A stretch of 64,000 nt of DNA, taken from NCBI GenBank assembly GCA_963702205.1, contig OY969724.1, positions 3,392,001 through 3,456,000 of the forward strand, written 5' to 3'. The notes beneath the pieces are model-generated. The model was not told where the DNA came from. It was given only the letters and a program-made list of their open reading frames with translations, and searched no databases. The DNA comes from an uncultured candidate division Zixibacteria bacterium. GTDB lineage: Bacteria > Zixibacteria > MSB-5A5 > GN15 > PGXB01. The position numbers and the translations under genes were made by a program. Positions 1 to 10,500 of the stretch are shown here, one piece after another (positions within the stretch are counted from its first letter, which is position 1; each line of letters opens with the position of its first letter).

Positions 1-1885
1 GAGCGGCTTCATACAGGTTGTTGGTGGTCGTGTCATCGTACATGAATCCGCAATAACCCCGGTTGTTTATCGAGCCACTGCCGAAACCGTACTGACCGTA
101 ATTGGAAACCGTGAAGCGCATCACTTCGGAGCCGTGCGTGTAAATGGTCGAATCCGGATAGAACCCGACGTGCAACTGAAATTCAACTTTCTTGTCATAA
201 AACCGTGCACCGTGCAAATAGTACGACCCCATGATGACCGTCCCCGGAAACAGCGTATCATCGGTGGCGATGTGCACGTATTCCGGTGCGGCGACGGTAT
301 CGAAATAGCCTATATGCCCGATGTACACGGAATCGGTCAGGATGTCCAGTCCCGGATAAATATTATTAAACTCAATCCATACCGAATCGGCGTCACAGGC
401 ATAATTGGTCAGGGATATTTCCACGTCCACTTCTCCGCCGGGGTCGGTGGTATCGTAGTCGAAGCTTGCAATACGCAAGTCCGGAGAGAGCCTGTCGCCG
501 AGGTATTGCAGGGCACCGGGAATATTGAGAATGCCCCAGCCGTAGGCATTGTTCGGGTACGGGTCCCCGGTCGGTGTGGCACCGAGAAGCAACGCTTCTT
601 TGATCTGATCGACCGTAGCCTCGGGCGCGAACTGCCGCAATATCGCCACTGCTCCGGCGACGTGCGGCGCAGACATCGAGGTGCCGCCGTGGACCGAATA
701 CGTTCCCCCCGGCTCGCACGAACGAATCTCGCCGCCGGGCGCGACGACGTTGGGTTTGATCGAAACCGAATCGCAATCCGACGGTCCCCGCGAGGAGAAA
801 TGGGTAATCAGCCCCGTTACATGATGAACCGCTCCGACCGCGAAATTGGTCAGTGAATCCACCGCCCGGCTGGCGGGTGAGCGAATCGTCATCGACGCCG
901 TACCTTCATTCCCGGCCGCGAAGATGTTCACTATGCCCAACGCTTCGGTATTGTCGATCATGTCCCAGAGCCAGTCCATGCAATCGCCGGTCCAGCCCCA
1001 GCTGTTGTTGACAACGTCGGGCACGTCGGCCGTGGTGTTGGGGTTTCCGTCCGGGTCGGCCAGCCACTGGTAGGCATCCAAAGCGCTCGACGCCGCCGTC
1101 GCGATCCACCGGGCATCGGGCGCAATCCCAACCGTATCGCCGGTTGCATCATCGTGACCGACCATGATTCCGGTCGTGTGCGTACCGTGATAATATCCGG
1201 CGGTCGGAAACATAACCGAATCATCGCGGACATAAAACGCTGCCATAGTGTCGCCGTCGAGACCTTTCCAGTTATTAAAGAGCGCGGGATGATGACCATC
1301 GACGCCGGAAACGTCGTAGTTGGCGACAATTCGTCCTTTGCCGGTCAAGCCCATTTTCCAGGCCGAATCGGCTCCGACATAAATTAAGTTGGCCTCGGCC
1401 CCGGCGGTCGATGTATCTCCCAACTTATCGGGGAAATCGTCGATCGGCAGAATCGGTTCGAATACCGGGACCGATCGTATTTCGGTAACATCGGATCGCT
1501 GAGATAATTCGTAGATTTCGCTTTTTATGATTCTGGCTTTGACGGCATTGACGATCCAGTATGATTTTATGTTCGAGGCTTTACCTTCGTTTTGAAGTTC
1601 ATCCAGATATTCAAGAATATCGGACTGGGCGGCAGTCGTGGTTTTATGGAGTCGAACCATCGCCAGCTTGTGCCTCGCCGAATAGGATTTCACCGATTTC
1701 AGTTCTTCTTTTAACTGGTCGGAGGTCAGGCCTCCGGCTACACCTATTATGACATCGACCATGGTATTGTCATCGAGTCGGGAAAGCCGGGATTGGAGAT
1801 CGGGATTGATTGAAGCATTCGCCGGTACGGTTATCGTGGAAAGTAATAGAATGAAAAAAACAAGAGCCCTGCTGCAAAAGTTCAT
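1..1885 (-). CDS. Secreted S8 (subtilisin-family) serine peptidase, runs off the left edge
   Basis: Manual translation from ATG at 1885 (MNFCSRALVFFILLL..., signal peptide). Missing from the ORF track because there is no stop in the window. Motifs: IVANYDVSGVDGHHPAL (Asp), HGTHTTG (His), AAGNEG (oxyanion Asn), GTSMSAPHVAG (Ser). Confidence 0.93.
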   Translation of the reverse strand, partial: MNFCSRALVFFILLLSTITVPANASINPDLQSRLSRLDDNTMVDVIIGVAGGLTSDQLKEELKSVKSYSARHKLAMVRLHKTTTAAQSDILEYLDELQNEGKASNIKSYWIVNAVKARIIKSEIYELSQRSDVTEIRSVPVFEPILPIDDFPDKLGDTSTAGAEANLIYVGADSAWKMGLTGKGRIVANYDVSGVDGHHPALFNNWKGLDGDTMAAFYVRDDSVMFPTAGYYHGTHTTGIMVGHDDATGDTVGIAPDARWIATAASSALDAYQWLADPDGNPNTTADVPDVVNNSWGWTGDCMDWLWDMIDNTEALGIVNIFAAGNEGTASMTIRSPASRAVDSLTNFAVGAVHHVTGLITHFSSRGPSDCDSVSIKPNVVAPGGEIRSCEPGGTYSVHGGTSMSAPHVAGAVAILRQFAPEATVDQIKEALLLGATPTGDPYPNNAYGWGILNIPGALQYLGDRLSPDLRIASFDYDTTDPGGEVDVEISLTNYACDADSVWIEFNNIYPGLDILTDSVYIGHIGYFDTVAAPEYVHIATDDTLFPGTVIMGSYYLHGARFYDKKVEFQLHVGFYPDSTIYTHGSEVMRFTVSNYGQYGFGSGSINNRGYCGFMYDDTTTNNLYEAA

Positions 1886-2063
1886 GGCCGCATCCAGTTA
1901 AAATATATGCCGCCGGATCAGAAGTATTATCCCGCCGGTCATAAATAATTGTCTCCCCCTTTATAATATTAATTTTTTAATAAAGGTCAATTACTAAAAC
2001 GGGATAGAATAATACACTACTATTTGTGTTTGATTTTGAGCCAGTCATTGCCTTTAATTCGAT

Positions 2064-2750
2064 ATGGACTTGAATCATATTAAAGATGAGATGACGGCGC
2101 TCGCGAAAAGCGGCGGTGCGGTGGATACGGGAATCTGTCGCCTCGACGAGCTTCGCCCCAATTTTCACCATGAATTAAAAAGTGTCTCACGAAAATTAAA
2201 TACCGGCATCGCAGTTGGCGTCTCATTATCGAGGCCCGTTTTGGAAACAATTACCTGCCGACCGAACCAGATTTATAAGGCCCACTACCAACAGGTGAAT
2301 CGCATTTTGAACGACCTGGCATATCGGATTTCAGAGAATTTGCAGCGACAGGGAGCCCGGGCCCTGCCCATTCCGGCGTCTCAGATAATCCGCTGGAAAC
2401 CGATGCGGGCGCATCTTTCGCACCGGGAAACCGCCTTCAAAGCCGGACTGGGCTGGCGCGGGAGAAATAATTTGCTGGTCAATCCGGTTTATGGCTCGCA
2501 GTACCGCCTAGTCACGGTGCTGACCGATCTCGAACTCGAACCCGATGAAACCTGCAATGATGATTGCGGCGATTGCCGGGCGTGTCTTAAAGCCTGCCCC
2601 GCCGGAGCCATCGGGGAAAACGTCGAAGATTTCAATCTGGACGCCTGCCAAGCCCAGGTCCGCGAGTTCTCTCGCGCACCTGATATGGGTCATCTGATCT
2701 GCGGCCTGTGTCTTAAAGTCTGTGTCGGTAAAAAATCGGGGAGAAATTAA
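2064..2750 (+). CDS. QueG/reductive-dehalogenase-like Fe-S protein (short epoxyqueuosine reductase family)
   Basis: AGLGWRGRNNLL..P.YGS..RL.TVLTD followed by CGDCRACLKACP and CGLCLKVC ferredoxin motifs. Confidence 0.75.
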   Translation: MDLNHIKDEMTALAKSGGAVDTGICRLDELRPNFHHELKSVSRKLNTGIAVGVSLSRPVLETITCRPNQIYKAHYQQVNRILNDLAYRISENLQRQGARALPIPASQIIRWKPMRAHLSHRETAFKAGLGWRGRNNLLVNPVYGSQYRLVTVLTDLELEPDETCNDDCGDCRACLKACPAGAIGENVEDFNLDACQAQVREFSRAPDMGHLICGLCLKVCVGKKSGRN

Positions 2751-2752
2751 AA

Positions 2753-3292
2753 ATGGGAAGAATCAATGTGCCGCTGCCCGGCAAAATGATAATGTCGGCC
2801 CTGTATTCCAGCCTAGATAACATGATCCAGGCGCTGGATCATATCGAAAAAAAACACGGCCGGATTGAATTCGAAACCGATGAAATGGAATTTCTGCACA
2901 CGAGCTATTACCGCGAGGAAATGGGCGAAAATCTTAAACGTAAATTCTTCTCGTTTATCAATCCCATTGACCGGGCCGAACTGGCCGATCTCAAAATCTG
3001 GACCAACAAGCTCGAAGAAAAATTCGGTGAAAAATCCGGAGACTATATTTTCAGGACCATCAATCTCGATCCCGGAATTCTGTCTCTGGCCAACCTGACT
3101 CTGGCCTCGACCAAGGATTTCGCACACAGGATATATCTCTGCGACGGCATTTATGCCGAGACGACGCTTATTTTCAAAAACAATAAATTCGTGGCTCTTC
3201 CCTGGACCTATCCCGATTACATCGAACCACCGGTTACGGAATTTTTGACCCGCGTCCGGGAAAGCCTCGGCATGCACGAAGTAGAAATTTAG
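2753..3292 (+). CDS. DUF4416-like conserved protein
   Basis: TSYYREEMG, RTINLDPG, LASTKDFAHRIYL, PWTYPDY motifs. Starts 2 bp after the previous gene. Confidence 0.75.
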   Translation: MGRINVPLPGKMIMSALYSSLDNMIQALDHIEKKHGRIEFETDEMEFLHTSYYREEMGENLKRKFFSFINPIDRAELADLKIWTNKLEEKFGEKSGDYIFRTINLDPGILSLANLTLASTKDFAHRIYLCDGIYAETTLIFKNNKFVALPWTYPDYIEPPVTEFLTRVRESLGMHEVEI

Positions 3293-3429
3293 ATAGTACC
3301 GGTATATAATGGCTTGTTGATCAATGGAGTAACCAGGAACGGGCGACCGGCACAGCCCACGAGTATCGGTGGGTTTATATTACTGCTTATTTTGCTTGCC
3401 CGATTCCGCCTGCATCCATTAAATGCGAC

Positions 3430-4128
3430 ATGAAAATTCACGTCTTCCAGCACGTCTCGTTTGAAGGCCCGGGATATATTGCGCACTGGGCTGAGAAAAA
3501 TGGATACGGTATATCCATAACGCCCGTTTACAGAGGTGAGCGAATTCCCGACATAGATAACATCGATGCTCTGATCGTCATGGGCGGCCCGATGAACATA
3601 TACGCCGAAAATGAACACCCCTGGCTTAAAAGCGAGAAGGTCTTCATTAAAAGGGCCATATCTTCGGGAAAAATCATCCTGGGTTTTTGTCTCGGGGCGC
3701 AGTTAATCGCCAATGCGCTGGGACAAAAAGTATATTCGGGACCTCATAAGGAAATCGGCTGGTGGCCGGTGCGAATCTGTCGCGAGCCAAATTTGCCGCC
3801 TGCAATAGACGACTTCCCCGATGAATTCACGACCTTCCACTGGCACGCCGAGACGTTCGACATTCCCGGTGGAGCCATTCGATTCGCTGAAAGCGAGGCC
3901 TTTCCGAATCAGGGATTCGTTTACGGGAACCATGTCTGGGCTTTTCAGTTTCACCCGGAAATGATTCTTGATGGCATCGAAAAGTTGGCCGAAAAATGCG
4001 CTGAAGATTTGACCGATGGTCCTTTTGTCCAGAATATCGTCCAAATGCGAGAGGGATTTTATATTCACGGCAATAAAGCCAACGACCTGTTGGGCCGTTT
4101 ATTAGATAGAATATTTGTTAACCAATAA
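3430..4128 (+). CDS. Class I glutamine amidotransferase (GMP-synthase-like)
   Basis: QHVSFEGPG, MGGPM, GFCLGAQL (catalytic Cys), QFHPE (His-Glu). Confidence 0.9.
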   Translation: MKIHVFQHVSFEGPGYIAHWAEKNGYGISITPVYRGERIPDIDNIDALIVMGGPMNIYAENEHPWLKSEKVFIKRAISSGKIILGFCLGAQLIANALGQKVYSGPHKEIGWWPVRICREPNLPPAIDDFPDEFTTFHWHAETFDIPGGAIRFAESEAFPNQGFVYGNHVWAFQFHPEMILDGIEKLAEKCAEDLTDGPFVQNIVQMREGFYIHGNKANDLLGRLLDRIFVNQ

Positions 4129-4167
4129 CTACAGAATTAATCACTAACGAAATAGAAAGGCAAAAAA

Positions 4168-4992
4168 ATGGAACACTGGACCAATCTGATCACCGAATGG
4201 CTGGCGGCGTACGGCCTCAAGGTAGTCGGTGCGCTGGCCATACTTATTTTCGGACGCATTATAGTGGGACTCATCGCGTCGATGGTCGGCCGTTTGCTCA
4301 AACGCGCCAAAACCGATGAAACCCTTACCAAATTCGTCACCAGCCTTACAAAAATCGGGCTGTTAATCTTTGTAATATTGGCGGCGGTTAACACGCTCGG
4401 CATAGAAACGACCTCATTCGTGGCCGTCATCGGCGCCGCCGGTTTGGCTGTCGGTTTCGCCCTGCAGGGATCACTGGCGAATTTCGCGTCGGGCGTCATG
4501 CTGATTATCTTCCGACCCTTCAAAACCGGGGATTTCGTGGAAACAGCCGGCACGACTGGAAGCGTCGACGCCATTCACATTTTTAATACCGTCCTGAAAA
4601 CGCCGGACAATAAAATGATTATTGTACCTAACAGCGCCGTGACCGGCGGAAACATCACTAATTATTCGGCCCACGAGACTCGTCGGGTCGACATGGTTTT
4701 CGGAATCGGTTATGACGATGATATCAAGAAAGCCAAACAGGTTCTTGAACAGATTCTGGCCGCCGATGATCGAATTTTGAAAGACCCGGCCCCGGTCGTG
4801 GCCGTCTCCGAACTGGCCGACAGTTCGATCAATTTCGTGGTCCGGCCGTGGGTTAAAACCTCGGATTATTGGAGTGTCTTTTTCGATATAACCGAAAAAG
4901 TAAAATTGACTTTCGACGAGCAGGGCATCAGTATTCCATACCCACAGCAGGACGTGCACATGCATCAGGTTGTCACGGAAAAGGCCGCTTGA
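4168..4992 (+). CDS. mscS: Small-conductance mechanosensitive channel
   Basis: Three TM segments with GAAGLAVGFALQGSLANFASG, RPFKTGDFV, IPYPQQDVH. Confidence 0.93.
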   Translation: MEHWTNLITEWLAAYGLKVVGALAILIFGRIIVGLIASMVGRLLKRAKTDETLTKFVTSLTKIGLLIFVILAAVNTLGIETTSFVAVIGAAGLAVGFALQGSLANFASGVMLIIFRPFKTGDFVETAGTTGSVDAIHIFNTVLKTPDNKMIIVPNSAVTGGNITNYSAHETRRVDMVFGIGYDDDIKKAKQVLEQILAADDRILKDPAPVVAVSELADSSINFVVRPWVKTSDYWSVFFDITEKVKLTFDEQGISIPYPQQDVHMHQVVTEKAA

Positions 4993-5025
4993 TAGCACCT
5001 ATCATAAAAATAAAATAGGCCTCAC

Positions 5026-5149
5026 AAGTTCCGTCAGGCCTTGATCCCCGAGCAATCGGGGATTGTGACCTGACGGATTCGAAATAGTGAACCTGATAAG
5101 ACGGCCGGGTCACATCCCGATTTCATCGGGACGAAGCCCGGCAGAACTT
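5026..5149. repeat. Inverted pair of REP-like palindromic elements between convergent genes
   Basis: Copy 1 (+): AAGTTCCGTCAGG..ATCCCCGAgcaaTCGGGGAT..GTGACCTGACGG. Copy 2 (-): AAGTTCTGCCGGG..TCCCGATgaaATCGGGA..GTGACCCGGC. A third copy is at 55739-55786. Confidence 0.7.
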
Positions 5150-5168
5150 ATAGGCACTTATTATTCAA

Positions 5169-6041
5169 TTAGTCTTCTTGATCTTCGCCGGATGAGCCAT
5201 TGAATGTCTTCTCAAAACTGCTCATCACCGATCCCCAGGCTTTGTCGAAATAATCGTACACCGCCTGCCAGTCCTCTCCCTCACCCCAGCCATGATGCGT
5301 CAGCGTTACTTTGACTTTATTATCAGGCAACGGTTCGAACTGCATGGCGACAATAGTGTGAGTTCCTCGCAGGTCGCCGAACGAAGGCGGTGCGTTCCAC
5401 TCGAAACTCAGCATTTTTTTGGGCAGGTAGCTCAAGACCCGGCAGAATTCCGAGCCCCGGGACCCGTACGGGGCCGACATATCAAAATAGATTTCGTACG
5501 GTCCGCCGACGCGCAGATCGACCCTGGCGTTGGGCGAAAAGAACGATTTTACTCCCTCGGTCGTAGTCCATGCCTTCCAGACGTCATCGAGCGACGCCGT
5601 CACCGTTACCTCTTTAACGACGGCTTTATCGGTCGGCTCCGTGACAAATCGATACGGCGGCGTGTAATCGCACAGGAGCGACACGTTCATTTTCGACATT
5701 TTATAGGTGTGGAGCCCGGCAACGACCGATGGCTCCGTATCCATTATTTCGTGGGCTTCCTGTTCGGAGGCGACCTGCAGGATTATAAGGCCAAACTTAA
5801 AATCGAATACCGGTCCGGCCGTGATGACCTTTTTATCGTGGGTCAGCCTTTTAAGATATTGAAAATGTTTGGACATTATCTTCAATTCTTCGGGGGTTAC
5901 GTCATCGGGCCAGGTGGGCCTGGTGCCGATCAACTCAACGAGGTACTGCTCGGGCCGCTCCATCTTCTTTCCTCCATCCTGAGCCGATATTGTTGGTATC
6001 GAGAATATCAGCAATAATACTGCTATGACGGTTTTTTTCAT
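5169..6041 (-). CDS. Exported YCII-domain + SRPBCC/AHSA1-domain fusion protein
   Basis: Signal peptide MKKTVIAVLL...; YCII-like HFQYL..AGPV..GLII; SRPBCC-like VWKAWTT..DLRVGG.Y..LSFEW..VTLTH.GW. Confidence 0.75.
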   Translation of the reverse strand: MKKTVIAVLLLIFSIPTISAQDGGKKMERPEQYLVELIGTRPTWPDDVTPEELKIMSKHFQYLKRLTHDKKVITAGPVFDFKFGLIILQVASEQEAHEIMDTEPSVVAGLHTYKMSKMNVSLLCDYTPPYRFVTEPTDKAVVKEVTVTASLDDVWKAWTTTEGVKSFFSPNARVDLRVGGPYEIYFDMSAPYGSRGSEFCRVLSYLPKKMLSFEWNAPPSFGDLRGTHTIVAMQFEPLPDNKVKVTLTHHGWGEGEDWQAVYDYFDKAWGSVMSSFEKTFNGSSGEDQED

Positions 6042-6229
6042 TAGACTTTTTCCTTGTTGAATTGTCACAAAGTTGGTTGGATTTTTATTACCAATGTGCC
6101 TGCTAAGCGCGAACCTGTCAAGGACATAATGATTATTGTTTTAAGGGGATCAATAATTTATCCTGCATTGTTGACAAATCGTGTCGAACAGATTCGACAA
6201 AGAAGCGTTAAAAATGTAAAGGAAAATTG

Positions 6230-7492
6230 ATGGATAAATTTGTTATTTCCGGCGGGATGAAGCTGAGCGGGACTGTCAGGACCGACGGCTCGAAAAATGC
6301 TGCATTACCGATTATCGCCGGGGCCATACTGGTCTCGTCCGGCGAAGTCACCCTTCACAATATTCCCAACCTGCGCGATATATTCACGATCAAGAAGTTA
6401 TTGGAAAGTCTCGGGGCCAAAGTCGATTATACTCCCGACGAAGGCACCATGGTCATCGACAGCAGCGAGCTTACCAACAATGTCGCCCCCTACGATCTCG
6501 TCCGTCAGATGCGAGCGTCATTTCTGGTGCTGGGTCCGCTTCTGAGTCGCATGCACGAGGCCAAAGTGTCCCTTCCGGGCGGTTGCACTCTCGGAGCGCG
6601 GCCGGTCGATTTTCATATCAAAGGATTTCAGGAACTGGGGGCGGAGTTGACCGAGGACGCTGGTTACATCGTTGCCCGGGCCAAAAAACTTGAAGGCGCG
6701 ACCGTCATATTCGACCGACCTTCCCACACCGGCACCGAGAACCTGATTTTCGGCGCGACTCTGGCTGCGGGAACCACCCGAATCATAAATGCCGCGTGCG
6801 ATCCGGAAATTGTCGATGTTTCCAATTTTTTGAACGAAGCCGGGGCCAAAATCTCCGGGGCGGGCACGGCGACAATCATGATAGAAGGCGTAACCGAATT
6901 AAGGCCAATAACTTATCGTGTCTCGGGAGATCGCCTGGTGGCCGGCACATATATGTTTGCCGCCGCCGCTACCGGGAGCAATCTGGAGATTGAGCGCATC
7001 AACCCTCTTCATCTTACCATGGTTTCCCGTAAATTATATGAGATGGGCTGCGAGATCACCGAAGAACGAGACAAGCTTAGCATCAAGGCTCCCAAGCGGT
7101 TAAAGCCTGTCAAGGCGGTAACCTACCCCTTCCCCGGCTTTCCAACCGATCTTCAGGCTTGTTTAATGGCCGCGGCGACCACGGCCGAGGGAACAAGTAG
7201 TATAAAAGAGACTGTTTTTGAAGACAGGTTTGCCCACGTTATGGAGCTCCGTCGGCTGGGGGCCGATGTGACCGTCACCGGTGACGAAGCTATAATCAAC
7301 GGTGTAAAACACCTTAAAGGAACATCAGTCATGGCCTCCGATATCAGGGCCGGGGCCGGTCTGGTTATAGCCTGCCTCGCGGCGGAGGGTGAAAGCGAAG
7401 TCCTGAGGGTTTACCATATAGACCGTGGCTATGAAAAGCTTGAGCAAAAACTTTCAGCGTTAGGGGCCGATATAAAAAGAACAGACCGTTAA
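6230..7492 (+). CDS. murA: UDP-N-acetylglucosamine 1-carboxyvinyltransferase
   Basis: GSKNAALP, MRAS, LPGGCTLGARPVDFH (catalytic Cys), PGFPTDLQ, HIDRGYE. Confidence 0.97.
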   Translation: MDKFVISGGMKLSGTVRTDGSKNAALPIIAGAILVSSGEVTLHNIPNLRDIFTIKKLLESLGAKVDYTPDEGTMVIDSSELTNNVAPYDLVRQMRASFLVLGPLLSRMHEAKVSLPGGCTLGARPVDFHIKGFQELGAELTEDAGYIVARAKKLEGATVIFDRPSHTGTENLIFGATLAAGTTRIINAACDPEIVDVSNFLNEAGAKISGAGTATIMIEGVTELRPITYRVSGDRLVAGTYMFAAAATGSNLEIERINPLHLTMVSRKLYEMGCEITEERDKLSIKAPKRLKPVKAVTYPFPGFPTDLQACLMAAATTAEGTSSIKETVFEDRFAHVMELRRLGADVTVTGDEAIINGVKHLKGTSVMASDIRAGAGLVIACLAAEGESEVLRVYHIDRGYEKLEQKLSALGADIKRTDR

Positions 7493-7508
7493 CGCTTAAA
7501 ACTAACAT

Positions 7509-10500
7509 ATGAAGCGGAATTTTAACATGTTGAGAAAATGCATTTTATTGGTGAGCCTCACGATTTTGATAGCCGGTTCGGTCGGAGCCCAGGAAACTTA
7601 TTTCGGAAAGAATAAAGTTCAATACGAAACGTTCGACTGGCGCTATATCCAGACCCGGCATTTCGATATTTATTTTTATGGCCGGAGCTATGACAATGCC
7701 AAATACGCCGCCAAAGTACTGGAAAACGCCTATAACGTCATAACCTGTCAGATAAACTATCAAATCCACACGCGCGTCCCGGTTTTTCTGTACAGCGCTC
7801 GAAACGATTTCCAACAGACTAATATTGTACCATCACTTATCAGCGAAGGTGTCGGTGGTTTTACCGAGGCTTCGAAAAACCGGGTGGCGATCTATAATGA
7901 AGGTTCGGTCGAAGATCTCAGGCACGTCCTGCACCATGAGCTGACTCACGCCATAATTTACGATATGATTTATGGCAACCTGTTCACGTCGCTGTTGAGT
8001 CGGCGACGCCTGTTTAACCTGCCACTATGGTTCGCCGAGGGTTATGCTGAATATAGCTCTCGCAAAGAATGGCACTACCGGGCCGATATGATTGTCCGCG
8101 ACGCCACCGTCAATAATTACCTGGCACCTCCGGACTATATCGGCGGCGGGATGGAATATTACGAGGGCTACGCCATGGTGCGCTTCATTGCTGAAACGTA
8201 TGGGCAGGAAAAAATCGGCGAGCTTCTTGCCAAGGGCAAGGTTTATCTCACTATGGATAAAGCGATCGAGGCCGCGATTGGTGTCAAGCCCGAGGAGTTC
8301 TGGGACAAATTCTCGCTGGAAATGAAACGCCGTTACTGGCCGGAAATTTCTCTGCGCAAGCAGCCCGATGAAATCGGAAAGGCTCTCACCGATCATACCA
8401 AGGATGAATCGCATTATAATGCCAAACCGGTCTTTTCGCCGCAGGGGGACAAGCTGGCCATCTTCTCCGACCGCAGCGATTATCCGGAAATATATCTGAT
8501 TTCGGCTATCGACGGCAAGGAGATAGACAAGTTGGTCAAAGCCCAGCGATCGGGCGAAATCGAAACCGTCTATTCATATTATTCGTCGATAGGTTTTTCA
8601 CCCGACGGCGAAAAGATCGTTTTCGTAACCAAATCGCAGGGGCGCGACGCGCTTTTCTTCCTGCGTCTGAAAGGCAAAGATATTTATCTCAAGAAATACT
8701 TCGATTATAATTCCATTCTGTCGCCGGTCTGGTCACCGGACGGAACCAGGATTGCTTTCGCGGCCCTCGACGGACCCTGGCGCGACCTGGTCATATATGA
8801 CATTGAAGGCGATTCCACTTACAGTCTCATGCGCGACCGCTACGACGACATGGAACCGTCGTGGGGCCTGGATTCGAAAACAATCTTCTTCTCATCCGAT
8901 CGCCCCCATCCCCAAACCGAGAAAATACTGTCGGATCTGACTCAGGACCTCGGCGACGGAATAAAATATTCGACGATATACACCGATCATAAGTACGGCA
9001 ATTACAGCATTTTCTCGATAAACATCGACACCCGCAGGATTACGCCGATCATGTGCGGCCTGGGGCAAAACCGCGAACCGGTGGTGTCCCCCGACGGTAA
9101 AAAAATATGTTTTGTTTCTAATCGCAACGGGATCGACAACCTGTACATTTCGTACCTCGATTCCTCTTCGACGTTCGCAATAACCGATATATTAACCGGC
9201 ACCCAGTCGCCCTCGTGGTCACCGGACGGCACCAAAATAGCCTTCTCCTCTTTCCAAAAGGGCGGTTATGACGTCTTTGTCATAAAGGACATCCAACCCG
9301 CCGGAAATAACGGCGTTCTGGAACCGACCGGATTCGTTAAAGGCGAATACGGCCAGCCGATACCGTCACCATGCACGAAAGATTCGGAAGAGATCGCGGC
9401 CGTCGATACAACCGCCGATAGTACTATCGTTCATCCCCTGGTTCAGGCGGAGGGTTCATTCACTCCCGCCGATTCCGCCGCAGCCGATACGACCGCCGAT
9501 AGTACCCAGCATGCCGCGGTCGACAGTACAAGAATCGAAGGCGGTGATTTCGTATACGTGGAACCGAACAAAGAAACAGAGAACCCGATGGACACGCTTT
9601 TCACGCCCGTATCCGACAGCACCGGTTCGGGCAGTACCTATCGTACCAAGGAAGAACAGGCCGTGTTCGATTCCATCGGCGCCAACAACAAACTCCCCGA
9701 TGGTGAGTACAAAGTGAAGCCGTACCGGGCCAAATTCACGCCCGATTACGTCAGCGGCGGATTTTCGTACGATTCATTTTTCGGTCTGCGCGGGCAATCG
9801 GCCTTTATATTTTCCGATTACCTCGGCGATAATCAGATATACCTGCTGACCGACCTGGTCAATACCCTCGACCAGACCAATATCATGGCCTATTATTTCT
9901 ATAACCGGCGGCGTACCAGCCTCGGGGTCGGGATTTTCCACAACCAGAATTATTATCTCGACAATCAGGATTTCCTGTTCAGTGACCGGTTGTACGGCAT
10001 GCAGTTCTTCGCCTCACATCCTTTCTCGAAATATTTCCGGACCGAGACAGAGCTGTCACAATACTTCATCGACCGGCATTATCATGACGTCGGCGATCCG
10101 CGCCAGGATCGGTCAACCAAGGTTTCTCAGGCGAAGTTATCGCTGGTCCAGGACAATATCATCTGGGGCGTTACGGGTCCTCTCGACGGGCGTCGTTCCC
10201 GGCTGGATTTCACGGCCGCCAAAGATCTGTTCAATGAAAGCGATATATCTTTCTACAGCGGCGAATTCGATTACCGCCGTTACTGGCATATAAAAAGCCT
10301 GTTTTCATTGGCCGCCCGTTTTTCGGCCGGAGCCTCGGGCGGAAGAACACCGAAAAGGTACTTCCTCGGCGGGACCACCAACTGGATCGGCAACGTTGTG
10401 GTCGATGCCTCGGTGTACGACGTCGAAAACCTGTACTTCTCGGACGTTGTCACCCCGCTCAGGGGGTTCGACTATTACGAACTTTCGGGCACCCGATATT

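Noticed and set aside
134..1387. Plus-strand and short minus-strand ORFs listed in the track
   Set aside because: Shadows of the S8 peptidase frame, which has all catalytic motifs.
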